Of a stretch of DNA of 64,000 nt, positions 7,720 through 16,787 are shown piece after piece. The translations under genes were made by a program, and so were the position numbers. The stretch is from an uncultured Alphaproteobacteria bacterium (GTDB lineage Bacteria; Pseudomonadota; Alphaproteobacteria; CADEGL01). The notes below the pieces were generated by a model. The model worked only from the letters and a program-made list of their open reading frames with translations. It searched no databases and was not told the DNA's origin. The stretch's first letter is position 1; every line of letters starts with the position of its first letter. Location of the stretch: contig CADEGL010000010.1 of assembly GCA_902826885.1 (NCBI GenBank), positions 4,037 through 68,036 of the forward strand. Reading direction: 5' to 3'.

Positions 7720-8127
7720 TTACCCCGTGGCCGCCTTCGGCGCCTCGCGGAACTCCGGCTCGGACATCAACTGGTCCTTCGTCTTGCCGACTTTCACGAC
7801 GCCCCGCTGTTCGTCCACGCGGAGCTCGTTCCAGGCCACCGTTACCTTCTTGCTGCCGAGACCGAGGAATCCGCCGACCTTCACCACGGCGTAATCGACA
7901 TGGCCGTCCTTGTTGACCACCACGTTGTTGATCCGGCCGATATGGGCGTTGTCTTCCGTCTGCACCTTCATGCCGACCAGCGAGCGGCCGGCCACGGCCG
8001 GCGCTTCGGCCACAGCGGGAGCCGAGGCGGCTGCCGGAGCGGATGGCTGGGGTGCCGCGGTCTGGGCGTTGGCCGTCAGGACCGTCGCGGCCGATAAGGC
8101 AACGCCGAGCAGCAGAGCTTTGAACAT
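7720..8127 (-). CDS. PRC-barrel domain protein (secreted)
   Basis: Signal peptide MFKALLLGVALSAATVLTANA. The PRC barrel (GRSLVGMKVQTEDNAHIGRINNVVVNKDGHVDYAVVKVGGFLG) is typical of GSR-regulated PRC proteins. Confidence 0.75.
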   Translation of the reverse strand: MFKALLLGVALSAATVLTANAQTAAPQPSAPAAASAPAVAEAPAVAGRSLVGMKVQTEDNAHIGRINNVVVNKDGHVDYAVVKVGGFLGLGSKKVTVAWNELRVDEQRGVVKVGKTKDQLMSEPEFREAPKAATG

Positions 8128-8194
8128 CTGTCACTCTCCATCGTTATGTGCGCCACGGCGCGACACCGTAGCGGCTCTATGGAATTCAACCTTG

Positions 8195-8219
8195 GGAAAA
8201 CCGGACGGTTCCGCGCGTT
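8195..8219 (+). promoter_or_regulatory. probable EcfG-type promoter variant: GGAAA-N16-CGTT
   Basis: One mismatch in the -35 element. It lies 105 nt upstream of the second csbD paralog. Confidence 0.4.
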
Positions 8220-8323
8220 TTTGGGGTATCGGCGCCTTGTCGCGGAACTTCCTCGGCGCGCGGCGGGTTGGACCGGCACGAGGGCGCTACCGCAGCGCCG
8301 ATTCCGGAAACGAAGGAGCCGAC

Positions 8324-8521
8324 ATGAATTGGGATACGACCAAGGGCAACTGGAATCAGTTCAAGGGCAAGGTCAAGGAGCAGTGGGGCAAGCTGACCGA
8401 CGATGATCTCGCCCGCATCGAAGGCAAGCGTGACCAGCTGCTTGGCCGGGTGCAGGAGCGTTACGGCATCGAGAAGGACGAGGCCGAGCGGCAGGTAAAG
8501 CAGTTCGAGAGCCGCCACTAG
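8324..8521 (+). CDS. CsbD-family general stress protein (second paralog)
   Basis: MNWDTTKGNWNQFKGKVKEQWGKLTDDDLARIEGKRDQLLGRVQERYG. SD AGGAG precedes it. It is internal to the listed 7910..8521 ORF. Confidence 0.85.
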   Translation: MNWDTTKGNWNQFKGKVKEQWGKLTDDDLARIEGKRDQLLGRVQERYGIEKDEAERQVKQFESRH

Positions 8522-8576
8522 GCCGCCCGCGGACGAACGAAAGCCCGGCCTTCCCCGAGGCCGGGCTTTCGCGCTT

Positions 8577-9737
8577 CTAGCGTCCGGTCAGAAAGGCGCG
8601 GAAGCGCCGTGCCACGTCCTTCGGCGCGACAGTGGGGCGGCCCAGCTTTTCCATCGAACCCGGCGCGATGCGGGCGTGGATCAGCGACGGGCCCGGTGTC
8701 TTGAGCGCGGCGCGGAAAGCATCTTGGAAACCATCGGCATCGTCGCAGCGTGCGGCCGCAGCATAGCCGCAAGCCAGCGCCGCCGAGGCGAAATCGACCG
8801 AGGGCGACACCGTGGCTTGGCCGCCGGTCGAATCGTGCGTGCCATTGTCCAGGATGATGTGGATCAAATTCCTCGGCGCATAGGCACCGATCGTGGCCAG
8901 GTTACCCATCTTCATCAGCGCGGCCCCGTCGCCATCCAGCACCACCACGGGGCGTTCGGTGTTCAATGCCACGCCCAGGCCCATGGCGCTGGCGCCGCCC
9001 ATGGAGCCGACTTGGTAGAGATGCTGTTCGCGGTCGGCGAGCGTGAACAGCTCGCGGCCGCATTTGCCGGTCGTGGCGACCACGGCGGCTTCGGTGGGTA
9101 CGATCTCGAGAAAGCGCGCCAGGATATCGGCGCGCGCAGGCCGCGCGCCGTGCCGGCGCAAATCGGCCGAGGCGCCCGCCGGACGGGGCGCGGGCGTTGT
9201 CTGGTCCAATCCGTCGTCACGCACGGAATCTTTTTCCATCACGAACGCGAAAGGCAGGGCGCTCGACGCCATGTGCGAAAGCGCGGCTTCGAGCGCGGGT
9301 GCCACCTGGTCTTCCGCGCGCGGGAAGGGCGCGTGGCGGATTTCCATGGTCTCCAGCAGGCGCTGGGTGATCTGGCCCATCAGCGCGTGCTGCGGCTCGT
9401 CCTTCAAGCCTGGCTGGCCGCGCCAGGTCACGATCAGGAGGGTCGGGATTTGGAACGGATAGTTGAGGGAGGTGAGCGGATTGACCGTGTTGCCGAGGCC
9501 TGAGTTCTGGCACATCACCGCCGTCTCGCGCCCGGCCAGCCATGCGCCCGCCGCGATGGCCACCGCTTCCCCCTCGCTTGCCGCGCCGACATAGCGGATG
9601 CGTTTGTCGGAGATGACGCGGTTGATCAGCGGCGTCAGGAACGAGCAGGGCACGCCCGTATAGAAATCGACGCCGCGCGCCCGCGCGGCGTCGAGGAAGG
9701 CGTCCGCCGAAATCTGGCTAGAGGAAGTTGCGGGCAT
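8577..9737 (-). CDS. ppd: phosphonopyruvate decarboxylase (ThDP-dependent)
   Basis: [26 protein letters not shown] and the overall Ppd/AepY/sulfopyruvate-decarboxylase architecture. The start at 9737 ([14 protein letters not shown]) overlaps the upstream gene by 20 nt. Confidence 0.8.
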   Translation of the reverse strand: MPATSSSQISADAFLDAARARGVDFYTGVPCSFLTPLINRVISDKRIRYVGAASEGEAVAIAAGAWLAGRETAVMCQNSGLGNTVNPLTSLNYPFQIPTLLIVTWRGQPGLKDEPQHALMGQITQRLLETMEIRHAPFPRAEDQVAPALEAALSHMASSALPFAFVMEKDSVRDDGLDQTTPAPRPAGASADLRRHGARPARADILARFLEIVPTEAAVVATTGKCGRELFTLADREQHLYQVGSMGGASAMGLGVALNTERPVVVLDGDGAALMKMGNLATIGAYAPRNLIHIILDNGTHDSTGGQATVSPSVDFASAALACGYAAAARCDDADGFQDAFRAALKTPGPSLIHARIAPGSMEKLGRPTVAPKDVARRFRAFLTGR

Positions 9738-11385
9738 TCGCCAAGTCGAAGGCGTCGTTGACGTCGAGCCACTGGCCCGCGACATAGGCCACGTCCACAC
9801 GCACGCCGCGCGAAACCAGGCGGCCGAACAGATCGGGCAGGCCCGCCGTCTTCCAGGAGCCGTCCGCCTTCATGAAGGCGATCTCCTCGCGTACCAGGGC
9901 CGCTCCCTTGGCGCTCAGTTTGGCCAGGCCGACCCATTCGCCGTCGACGGCGTCTGGCTTCAGGATGCCGCCGATCCCCGTGATATGGGCCGGCTGGTCG
10001 TCCAGCACGCCGGCCGTGGAGGGGCGTGAGCAATTGACCAGATCGCGCGTGCGGCCGCCGCCCACGCCTTCGCGCGCCATCCACAGCGCATCGACGCTCA
10101 AGACAATATCGCCCGGCGCATCGAGCAGCGCCGACAGGATGTGGTTGCGGAACAGAATGTCGCCGTAGCTGATCAAGCACTCGCCTTCGATCTGCTTTTC
10201 GGCGCAGGCCAAGGACGCCACCTCGCCCGTGGTTTCGTAGGCGTCGTTGTCGACAACGCGGATCGAGGGGACGGTTACGGCCTCCTTGCGATAACCGCGC
10301 ACGACCGTCACGTCGCGCAGGCCTTGCTCGCGTAAGGCGCCGACCAGGCGGCGGAGCAACGGCTGGCCGCGAATGTCGACCATGCATTTCGGCCGGTCGG
10401 CGGTCAGCGCCTCCAAGGTGCTGCCGCGCGAGGCCGCCAGCACCACGGCCTTGGGCTTCGACTTGGCCGGGCCCAGATAGCGGCGCTCGGCCTCATTGAG
10501 CTCTGCATTCTCCGACAGGTCGAAGACGTCTTGGACGCTGGCCACGCGGCCCTCGACGCCCGACAGATTGCCGTCGCGGCGGATGCGCTCCGACACTTCG
10601 CGCATGGCCGTGATGGCGGCGCGCAGATTGTGGTTGGCCCAGATCACCAGCGAGATCCCGGCGTTGGCGAAGGCTTCGGTCGGTGTCGCGTGATACATGG
10701 TCGGCACGATCACGACCGGGCAGCGGCCGCCCCATTCCGCCATGAAGCGCAAGATCTCGTCGGCCGTCTTCAGCTTGGAGTGGACCAAGATCGCGTCCGC
10801 TCCGGCCGCGTGATAGGCCTCGGCCCGGCGCAGCGCCTCGTCCAAACCCCAGCCCGAGATCAGCGCTTCGACGCGCGCGACCATGCAGAAATCGTCGTCC
10901 AGCTGGCTGTCCTTGCCGGCTTTGATCTTGCCGCAGAATTCCTCGATGTCGGCCAAGGGCTGGGCGTCGCCGATGAAGCTGTTGGTCTTGGGGAACAGCT
11001 TGTCCTCGATGCACACGCCCGCGATGTTGCGCTGGCACAGTTTGCGCACCAGGCGGCGCACGTTGTTGAAGTTGCCGTAGCCCGTGTCGCCGTCGACCAG
11101 GATGGGCACGCGCGTCGCATCCGACATGAACTCCAGGACTTCCAGCACCTGGGTCCAGGACGCTTCGTTGGAATCGCGCACGCCGAGCGCAGCCGAGATC
11201 GACAGGCCCGAGGCCCAGATGCCCTCGAAGCCGGCTTGTTCGACGATCTTCGCCGACAAGCCGTTATGGGCTTCCATGATGAAGGACAGCTCCGGCACGT
11301 TCAGCATCGCGCGCAGCCGCGCGGCCTTGCTGGGCTGCGTGTCGGCGGGCGGTGTCCGGGGGATCGCGACCGGTCTCTGAGCCAT
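9718..11385 (-). CDS. pepM: phosphoenolpyruvate phosphomutase fused to a C-terminal nucleotidyltransferase (cytidylyltransferase-like) domain
   Basis: The N-terminal 290 aa are PEP mutase ([16 protein letters not shown]...[11 protein letters not shown]...CIEDK). The C-terminal ~250 aa have an NTP-transferase fold ([33 protein letters not shown]). Confidence 0.85.
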   Translation of the reverse strand: MAQRPVAIPRTPPADTQPSKAARLRAMLNVPELSFIMEAHNGLSAKIVEQAGFEGIWASGLSISAALGVRDSNEASWTQVLEVLEFMSDATRVPILVDGDTGYGNFNNVRRLVRKLCQRNIAGVCIEDKLFPKTNSFIGDAQPLADIEEFCGKIKAGKDSQLDDDFCMVARVEALISGWGLDEALRRAEAYHAAGADAILVHSKLKTADEILRFMAEWGGRCPVVIVPTMYHATPTEAFANAGISLVIWANHNLRAAITAMREVSERIRRDGNLSGVEGRVASVQDVFDLSENAELNEAERRYLGPAKSKPKAVVLAASRGSTLEALTADRPKCMVDIRGQPLLRRLVGALREQGLRDVTVVRGYRKEAVTVPSIRVVDNDAYETTGEVASLACAEKQIEGECLISYGDILFRNHILSALLDAPGDIVLSVDALWMAREGVGGGRTRDLVNCSRPSTAGVLDDQPAHITGIGGILKPDAVDGEWVGLAKLSAKGAALVREEIAFMKADGSWKTAGLPDLFGRLVSRGVRVDVAYVAGQWLDVNDAFDLANARNFL

Positions 11386-11450
11386 GGGGCGGGACTTAAA
11401 CCGGCCTTCCCCGGGAACTCAAGGCCTAAGGCGGCCTGGGCGGGGGCTTT

Positions 11451-11472
11451 GCCGTTCCGGTCCTGGAACGGC
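11451..11472. promoter_or_regulatory. perfect 8-bp inverted repeat GCCGTTCC-N6-GGAACGGC in a divergent intergenic region
   Basis: It lies between the pepM start (11385) and the acyl-CoA synthetase start (11536), so it is a candidate operator. Confidence 0.3.
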
Positions 11473-11535
11473 GCTGCCATTTTTATGGCGCACCTATATC
11501 ATTGGCCCCGTTGGGGGATTTCGGAAGGCAGGGAA

Positions 11536-13155
11536 ATGGCCGCAAGCACCCATGATGCCGCCGCGTTCCGGCGGGCCGTCGAGGCCGAACCGTTGCCCGA
11601 AACCTTGCCGGCGCTCCTGGACCGGGCGGCGTCGCACCACCCCGACCGGGTGATTTGGAACTTTTTCGAGCGGAACGAGAGCTATACCTACCGCCAGGCG
11701 CAGGAGCGCGTGGCGCGGGCGGCCAACGCCCTGCGCGCGCTCGGTGTGCGCAAAGGTACCCATGTGGGGATCATGTCGCCCAACGTCGGGGCCTTCCCCA
11801 TCACCTGGTTGGCGCTCGGGCGGCTTGGTGCCGTGGCGGTCGCGCTCAACACCCGTTACACGCCGCGCGAGGTCGATTACGTCCTGCGCGACAGCGACGC
11901 CGATTTCTTCATCGTGCACGAAAGCCTGCGCCCGGTTTATGAGGCCATTCCCGACAAGCCGCCGCGCATCGCGAAGGACCGCATCGTCGTCATCGATGGC
12001 GCGGGCTCCGGCTACAAAGTCTGGGACGATCTGGTCAATGCGGCCTCGTCCGACTTCACGGCGCGGGAGCCGGTCGCTTGCGACGACGTGCTCAACATCC
12101 AATACACCTCGGGCACCAGCGGCTTCCCGAAAGGTTGCCTCTTGACGCACCGCTATTGGCTCACCATGGGCAAGGCGCACAGCGCGGTGGCCGAGGTCCC
12201 CATTGAGCGCGCGCTCTACAACCAGAACTTCTTCTATCTGGACGGGCCGTGCATCGCGACCATGTGCATGTTCCTGGGCGCCACGTTCTTCTTCGCTTCC
12301 AAGCCCAGCGCGGCCAAGTTCGTCGAATGGGCGCGCACGCACCGCATCAACTATCTGTTCTTCTTCGAGGTGCTCTATAAGCAGCCCGAGACGCCGCTCG
12401 ACGGGCAGAGCGATCTGAAGATGATCCACATCTTCGGCTTCAACAAAAAATACCACGCCGATCTCGAACGCCGCTTCGCGCTCATCGCGCGCGAGTCCTA
12501 CGGCATGACCGAGGCCGGCTGCATCACTTACATGCCGGTTGCGGACAAGCACATGGTGGGCTCGGGCTCCTGCGGCATCCCCGCACCCTGGCGCGAGGTG
12601 AAGATCGCGGGCGACGACGGCGTGCCCGTCGCGCGCGGCGAGATCGGCGAATTGTGGGTGCGCGGTCCGGGCATGATGCTGGGCTATTACAAGAAGCCCG
12701 AGGCCAACGCCGAGTCGTTGCGCGACGGCTGGTTCCTGACCGGCGACCTGCTGCGGCAGGACGAGGCCGGCTACTACACCATCGTAGGCCGGAAGAAGGA
12801 CATGATCCGCCGCAACGCCGAGAACGTGGCCGCGCGCGAGGTCGAGGCCGTGCTGCGCGGCCTGCCGCAAGTGAAGGAGGCCGCCGTGGTGCCGGTGCCG
12901 GACGAGCGCGTGGGCGAGGAGATCAAGGCCTATCTGCAGCTTCAGCCGGGCCTCCAGCACGCCGATCTTCCGCCCGAGCAGGTGATCGCCCACTGCAAGG
13001 CGAATCTCGCGAGCTTCAAGATCCCGCGCTATATCGCTTTCGCCGACACGTTTCCAATGACCGATTCGGACCGGGTCGAAAAGAAAAAGCTGATCGCCGG
13101 CGTGCCCGATCTCACGCGCGACAGTTACGATCGCGTCGACAACATCTGGCGATAG
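11536..13155 (+). CDS. AMP-dependent acyl-CoA synthetase/ligase
   Basis: AMP-binding motifs YTSGTSGFPKG and GYGMTEAG, plus a C-terminal lysine region. The listed ORF 10531..13155 is extended 5' only because its frame lacks a stop; that extension is antisense to pepM. Confidence 0.85.
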   Translation: MAASTHDAAAFRRAVEAEPLPETLPALLDRAASHHPDRVIWNFFERNESYTYRQAQERVARAANALRALGVRKGTHVGIMSPNVGAFPITWLALGRLGAVAVALNTRYTPREVDYVLRDSDADFFIVHESLRPVYEAIPDKPPRIAKDRIVVIDGAGSGYKVWDDLVNAASSDFTAREPVACDDVLNIQYTSGTSGFPKGCLLTHRYWLTMGKAHSAVAEVPIERALYNQNFFYLDGPCIATMCMFLGATFFFASKPSAAKFVEWARTHRINYLFFFEVLYKQPETPLDGQSDLKMIHIFGFNKKYHADLERRFALIARESYGMTEAGCITYMPVADKHMVGSGSCGIPAPWREVKIAGDDGVPVARGEIGELWVRGPGMMLGYYKKPEANAESLRDGWFLTGDLLRQDEAGYYTIVGRKKDMIRRNAENVAAREVEAVLRGLPQVKEAAVVPVPDERVGEEIKAYLQLQPGLQHADLPPEQVIAHCKANLASFKIPRYIAFADTFPMTDSDRVEKKKLIAGVPDLTRDSYDRVDNIWR

Positions 13156-13166
13156 GGGACACGGGA

Positions 13167-13559
13167 ATGGCCGACAAGGAACCGGTAACCGAGGGGATGC
13201 TGCGCGTGCGGCTGGGGCTGCACGACACGCACTACGCGGACGGCCTCATCCCCGCGGCCACGATCATGCGGCTGTTCGCCGACTGCCAGTCCGAGGTGTC
13301 GATCCGCATGGACGGTGTCGACGGCTATATGGCGGCGTATGAGAAGTCGGAGTTCCTGAAGCCGATCTACGCCGGCGACTATCTTGAAATTCGCGCGAAG
13401 CTGATCGGCCAGGGAAACCGCTCGCGCCGCTTCGCCATGGAAGCCTTGCGCTGCTTGGCGACGAAGGAGCTGGGCGGCGGCCTGTCGGGCGGCACCATCT
13501 TCGATCCGCCCGAACTGGTGGCGCGCGCGACGCTGGTGTGCGTGAAGCCGCGCACCTGA
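13167..13559 (+). CDS. hotdog-fold protein (thioesterase/dehydratase or aminoacyl-CoA ammonia-lyase-like)
   Basis: A 130-aa single hotdog domain translationally adjacent to the acyl-CoA ligase (12-nt gap). Confidence 0.55.
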   Translation: MADKEPVTEGMLRVRLGLHDTHYADGLIPAATIMRLFADCQSEVSIRMDGVDGYMAAYEKSEFLKPIYAGDYLEIRAKLIGQGNRSRRFAMEALRCLATKELGGGLSGGTIFDPPELVARATLVCVKPRT

Positions 13560-13603
13560 CGGTCTGCTGGAGCCCGGTGCGGCGGAGTTACCGCACCTGC
13601 CGG

Positions 13604-14302
13604 TCAGTAGCGCGTCGCCGCGGCTTTGTCGGGTGCCGGAAACTCCAGCATCTTGCCGGCGCGCGCTTCCATGGCGTCGCGTGGGCGCAAGCGGCGCGCC
13701 TGGGCCGCGCTCAGCAGCGGGAAATGGCGCGTCTCGTCGATTGCCAGCGCCGCGTCCCAGCAATGGTCCTTGTTCGTGACCCACAGCGCGGGGTCTAGGC
13801 GGCGCAGATCGTAGGGTTGCGAATAGCGCCGCAAGGTCTTTTTCGTGCCGATGACGTACTCGTGGAAGTAGGACAGCGCCAGCTCGCGCGGGCTGCGATA
13901 GATCGGGTCGCGCCAGCGCAGCCAGATATGGTTGCTCTTCGAGATGGCGCCCCAGTGCCTGCCGTGACGGAACAGCGCCACGACATGATCGTCGTCGCCC
14001 TGGGCTTGGAAATCCATCAGCAGCGGCTTTTGACCCGCGAGCCACAGGGCGCAAGCCGCGACGAAGGCGCCCTCGATGCAATGGGCATGATTCGCATCCA
14101 GGGTGGAGGCCACCGACAGGCAGGTATCGCCGCCTTGCTCGAAATTGGTCGGCAGGGCAGAGACGAAATCCTGGATACGCTCTGGCGTGCGCAGCTTCGC
14201 CAGGGCGGACACATGAGCGCGCGCGAGCCCGAGCTTGCGCCCCAGCGCCGCGCCGCGCAGGCGGCTTCGCCTAGAAACGGTTGGCGCGGAACGGCGTGAC
14301 AT
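13604..14302 (-). CDS. hypothetical protein (possible Cys-His-Asp papain/transglutaminase-like fold)
   Basis: HCIEGAFVAACALWLAG...HVVALFRHGRHWGAI. No confident family assignment and the start is uncertain. Confidence 0.4.
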   Translation of the reverse strand: MSRRSAPTVSRRSRLRGAALGRKLGLARAHVSALAKLRTPERIQDFVSALPTNFEQGGDTCLSVASTLDANHAHCIEGAFVAACALWLAGQKPLLMDFQAQGDDDHVVALFRHGRHWGAISKSNHIWLRWRDPIYRSPRELALSYFHEYVIGTKKTLRRYSQPYDLRRLDPALWVTNKDHCWDAALAIDETRHFPLLSAAQARRLRPRDAMEARAGKMLEFPAPDKAAATRY

Positions 14303-15566
14303 CGAAATCCGTTTTGCGGCCGGCGACCAGATCGGCGATGGCCTTGCCGGTGACGGCGCCGAGGGTCAGGCCGTAATGGTCGTGGCCGAAGGCCAGCATG
14401 ACGCCCGGCGTATTGGGCGCGGGGCCGACGACCGGCTTTGAATCCGGCAGCGACGGCCGCATGCCCATCCACGGCACCGCCCCCTCGGTATTCAATCCCG
14501 GCACTAGGCGCTTGGCACGCTTGATCATCGGGTCCACGCGGCGGTAATCGGGCGGCGCATGCACGCTGGCCAACTCGTCGGTGCCGGCGATGCGCAGGCC
14601 CAATTCCATCGGCGTCATATAGAATCCGCCTTCGGCGGACTTCACCGGGATGCGCAGTTCGACGCCGGGATTGGGCAGCATGGCGTGATAGCCGCGCTCG
14701 GTGTCCAGCGGCACGCGCGCACCGGCCTGCGCGGCGAATTTCTTGGACAAGGCACCCGCCGCGACCACGACCAGATCGGCGTCCAAAGGTGCTCCGTCCG
14801 TGTGCACGGTCGACTTTCCGCCGCCCTTGGCCTCGATGCGCCTGGCTTCGCCGCGCACGAACCGGCCGCCGCGTTTCGCCGCCAACTCGGCGATGCGCTG
14901 GCTGTGCTTCAAGGGATTGATGACGGTGTCCATGTCGGTGCGGTGGATGCCACCCGCGAAATTACCGCTGAGCGCGGGCTCGATCTGGCGGATTTCTTCC
15001 GGTCCCACCACGTTCAATGGCACGCCGTGGCGCTGGCGCATCTTCACGCTGGTTTGGATGTTGTCGAAGGCCGCCTTGGTCTCGAACACTTCCAGCGCGC
15101 CGCGCGGACGGATCAGGTCGGCCAGTCCCGCATCGGCCACGATGGGCTCATAGCATTTGCGCGCATGCGCGATCATCGCGCCGAAGTCGCGCATGAAGGC
15201 CTCGACCTTCTCTGGCGTGGCGGATGCGACGAAGCGCAAGAGCCAGGGCGCCAAGTTCAGCAGATAGGCCCAGCGGATGGTCAAGGGGCCCATCGGGTCC
15301 ATCAGCATGCCGGGCACGCGCTTGAGGATGCCGGGCGTGGCCAAGGGCAGGAAGGTCGAGTCCGAACGCTGGCCGGCATTGCCATAGGAGCAGCCTTCGC
15401 CGGGCCCGCGCGGATCGATCCAGGTGACCTGCCAGCCGTCGCGCTGCAGATAGGTGCCGCAGCACAGCCCCACGATGCCTGCGCCGATCACCACCGCGTG
15501 GCCGCGGCCGCTTGTACCCTGAGAATTCACGGTGTCCCCCATTGGTTGACCCGAGAAAAAGACCAC
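14271..15566 (-). CDS. FAD-dependent D-amino-acid dehydrogenase-like oxidoreductase
   Basis: VVIGAGIVGLCCGTYL dinucleotide-binding motif and DAO-family layout similar to DadA. The start could be 15566 or 15542. Confidence 0.7.
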   Translation of the reverse strand: MVFFSGQPMGDTVNSQGTSGRGHAVVIGAGIVGLCCGTYLQRDGWQVTWIDPRGPGEGCSYGNAGQRSDSTFLPLATPGILKRVPGMLMDPMGPLTIRWAYLLNLAPWLLRFVASATPEKVEAFMRDFGAMIAHARKCYEPIVADAGLADLIRPRGALEVFETKAAFDNIQTSVKMRQRHGVPLNVVGPEEIRQIEPALSGNFAGGIHRTDMDTVINPLKHSQRIAELAAKRGGRFVRGEARRIEAKGGGKSTVHTDGAPLDADLVVVAAGALSKKFAAQAGARVPLDTERGYHAMLPNPGVELRIPVKSAEGGFYMTPMELGLRIAGTDELASVHAPPDYRRVDPMIKRAKRLVPGLNTEGAVPWMGMRPSLPDSKPVVGPAPNTPGVMLAFGHDHYGLTLGAVTGKAIADLVAGRKTDFDVTPFRANRF

Positions 15567-15626
15567 ACCAGGCGCGCGACGGCAATTCGGTTAGCATGGC
15601 ACCCCCAATCGGACGGAGAAGCGGGC

Positions 15627-16013
15627 ATGGCGGCGCGTTGGAACCTGTGGCTGGTCTTGGCTGGATTGAACGGCGCGGCCTTCGTCGCGCTGGGCGCTTA
15701 TGGCGCGCACGGATTAGGCGATGCGCCCCAGACGCAGCGCTGGTTCGACATCGCGTTGCGCTATCACGCCTGGCATGCGGTGGCCGTGCTGGCCGTCGCA
15801 TTGTGGGCACCCGCGAAAACCGCGGCGCGCTGGCTGCGCGGTGGCGCATTGGCGCTGTTTCTCATCGGCACGATTCTCTTCAGCGGCTCGCTCTACCGCA
15901 TGGCGCTCACGGATTTGCCGTTGTTCGCGGGCGCGGCGCCGGTCGGCGGCGCGAGTTTTATTCTCGGCTGGCTCGTGCTCGCCGGGGCCGGTTTTGTCAG
16001 ACGGGAGGCTTGA
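15627..16013 (+). CDS. DUF423 family membrane protein
   Basis: Four TM helices with an SD GGAGAAG. It is internal to the listed 14559..16013 ORF, whose 5' part is antisense to the DAO gene. Confidence 0.65.
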   Translation: MAARWNLWLVLAGLNGAAFVALGAYGAHGLGDAPQTQRWFDIALRYHAWHAVAVLAVALWAPAKTAARWLRGGALALFLIGTILFSGSLYRMALTDLPLFAGAAPVGGASFILGWLVLAGAGFVRREA

Positions 16014-16659
16014 AGCTGACCGCCAATTCGGCCGCGGCCGCTTCCAGCAGAGCGCCCATGATCCTTGGTGCGCGGGCGCGCCGTCCCGATTTGCCGAAGA
16101 AGGGGCTGCCTCCTTCCATCTGAGCGTAGATGCAGGCGGCCAGATTGCGCCGCGCGGCCTCGTCCAGATCCGGCCGCAGCGCGGCCAGCAGGATCGCGTA
16201 CTGACTGGTGACCCAGTCGTACCAATCGCCGACGATGGCGCCGGCCTCTTCGTCATGCGCGGCGAAGGCCCATTTTTCCCAGGCTTGCGCCTTCACCACC
16301 TCGTCCCGGTTCAACGAGTTCTCGTAGCGCAGCATGGTCAGGAGCCGCGCGCGCGGCTCGACCGGCGCCGACGCCAGATGCTTCGCCCAGCGGTCCTTCT
16401 GCCGGTTCACCTGATAGGACAGGACGGCGCGCAAAAGGGTGGTCTTGGTCGGGAAATAATATTGAAGGTTGCCTTTGCGCACGCCGGTGGCGCTGGCGAT
16501 TTTGCCGATGCTCAGGCTGGCGTAACCCTCGCGACCCATGATCTCGAGCGCAGTCGCCAGGATATGGTCCGAGGTGCGGCGGCCCTTGGGCGAACGCGGG
16601 CGGGCGCTGCCACGGGCCGGCGCGGCGCGGCGCGGCGATTCCGTTCGTCGTGCGGCCAC
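15997..16659 (-). CDS. TetR/AcrR family transcriptional regulator
   Basis: N-terminal HTH (ILATALEIMGREGYASLSIGKIASATGVRKGNLQYYFPTK). It is divergent from the phyH-like gene. Confidence 0.85.
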   Translation of the reverse strand: MAARRTESPRRAAPARGSARPRSPKGRRTSDHILATALEIMGREGYASLSIGKIASATGVRKGNLQYYFPTKTTLLRAVLSYQVNRQKDRWAKHLASAPVEPRARLLTMLRYENSLNRDEVVKAQAWEKWAFAAHDEEAGAIVGDWYDWVTSQYAILLAALRPDLDEAARRNLAACIYAQMEGGSPFFGKSGRRARAPRIMGALLEAAAAELAVSFKPPV

Positions 16660-16754
16660 TGTGCTGAATCCTCTGTATTCCGGGTCCCCCGCGCTAAATT
16701 AAGCGCCACGCGCCCGCTAGTCACGGATTGACTTGCCTGAATGATTCTTCCTTA

Positions 16755-16774
16755 ATTAGGTCGTACGACCTAAT
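16755..16774. promoter_or_regulatory. perfect 20-bp palindrome ATTAGGTCGTACGACCTAAT, a candidate TetR operator
   Basis: It lies 14 nt upstream of the phyH-like start, in the TetR-divergent intergenic region. Confidence 0.6.
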
Positions 16775-16787
16775 AACAGAGGCCGCC

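Noticed and set aside
10531-11535. 5' third of the listed 874-aa plus-strand ORF
   Set aside because: It overlaps pepM on the opposite strand and has no coding signal. The acyl-CoA synthetase begins at the Met at 11536, which has an SD sequence.
14559-15626. N-terminal part of the listed 484-aa plus-strand ORF
   Set aside because: Antisense to the DAO gene. Only the last 129 codons (the DUF423 protein, start 15627) look real.
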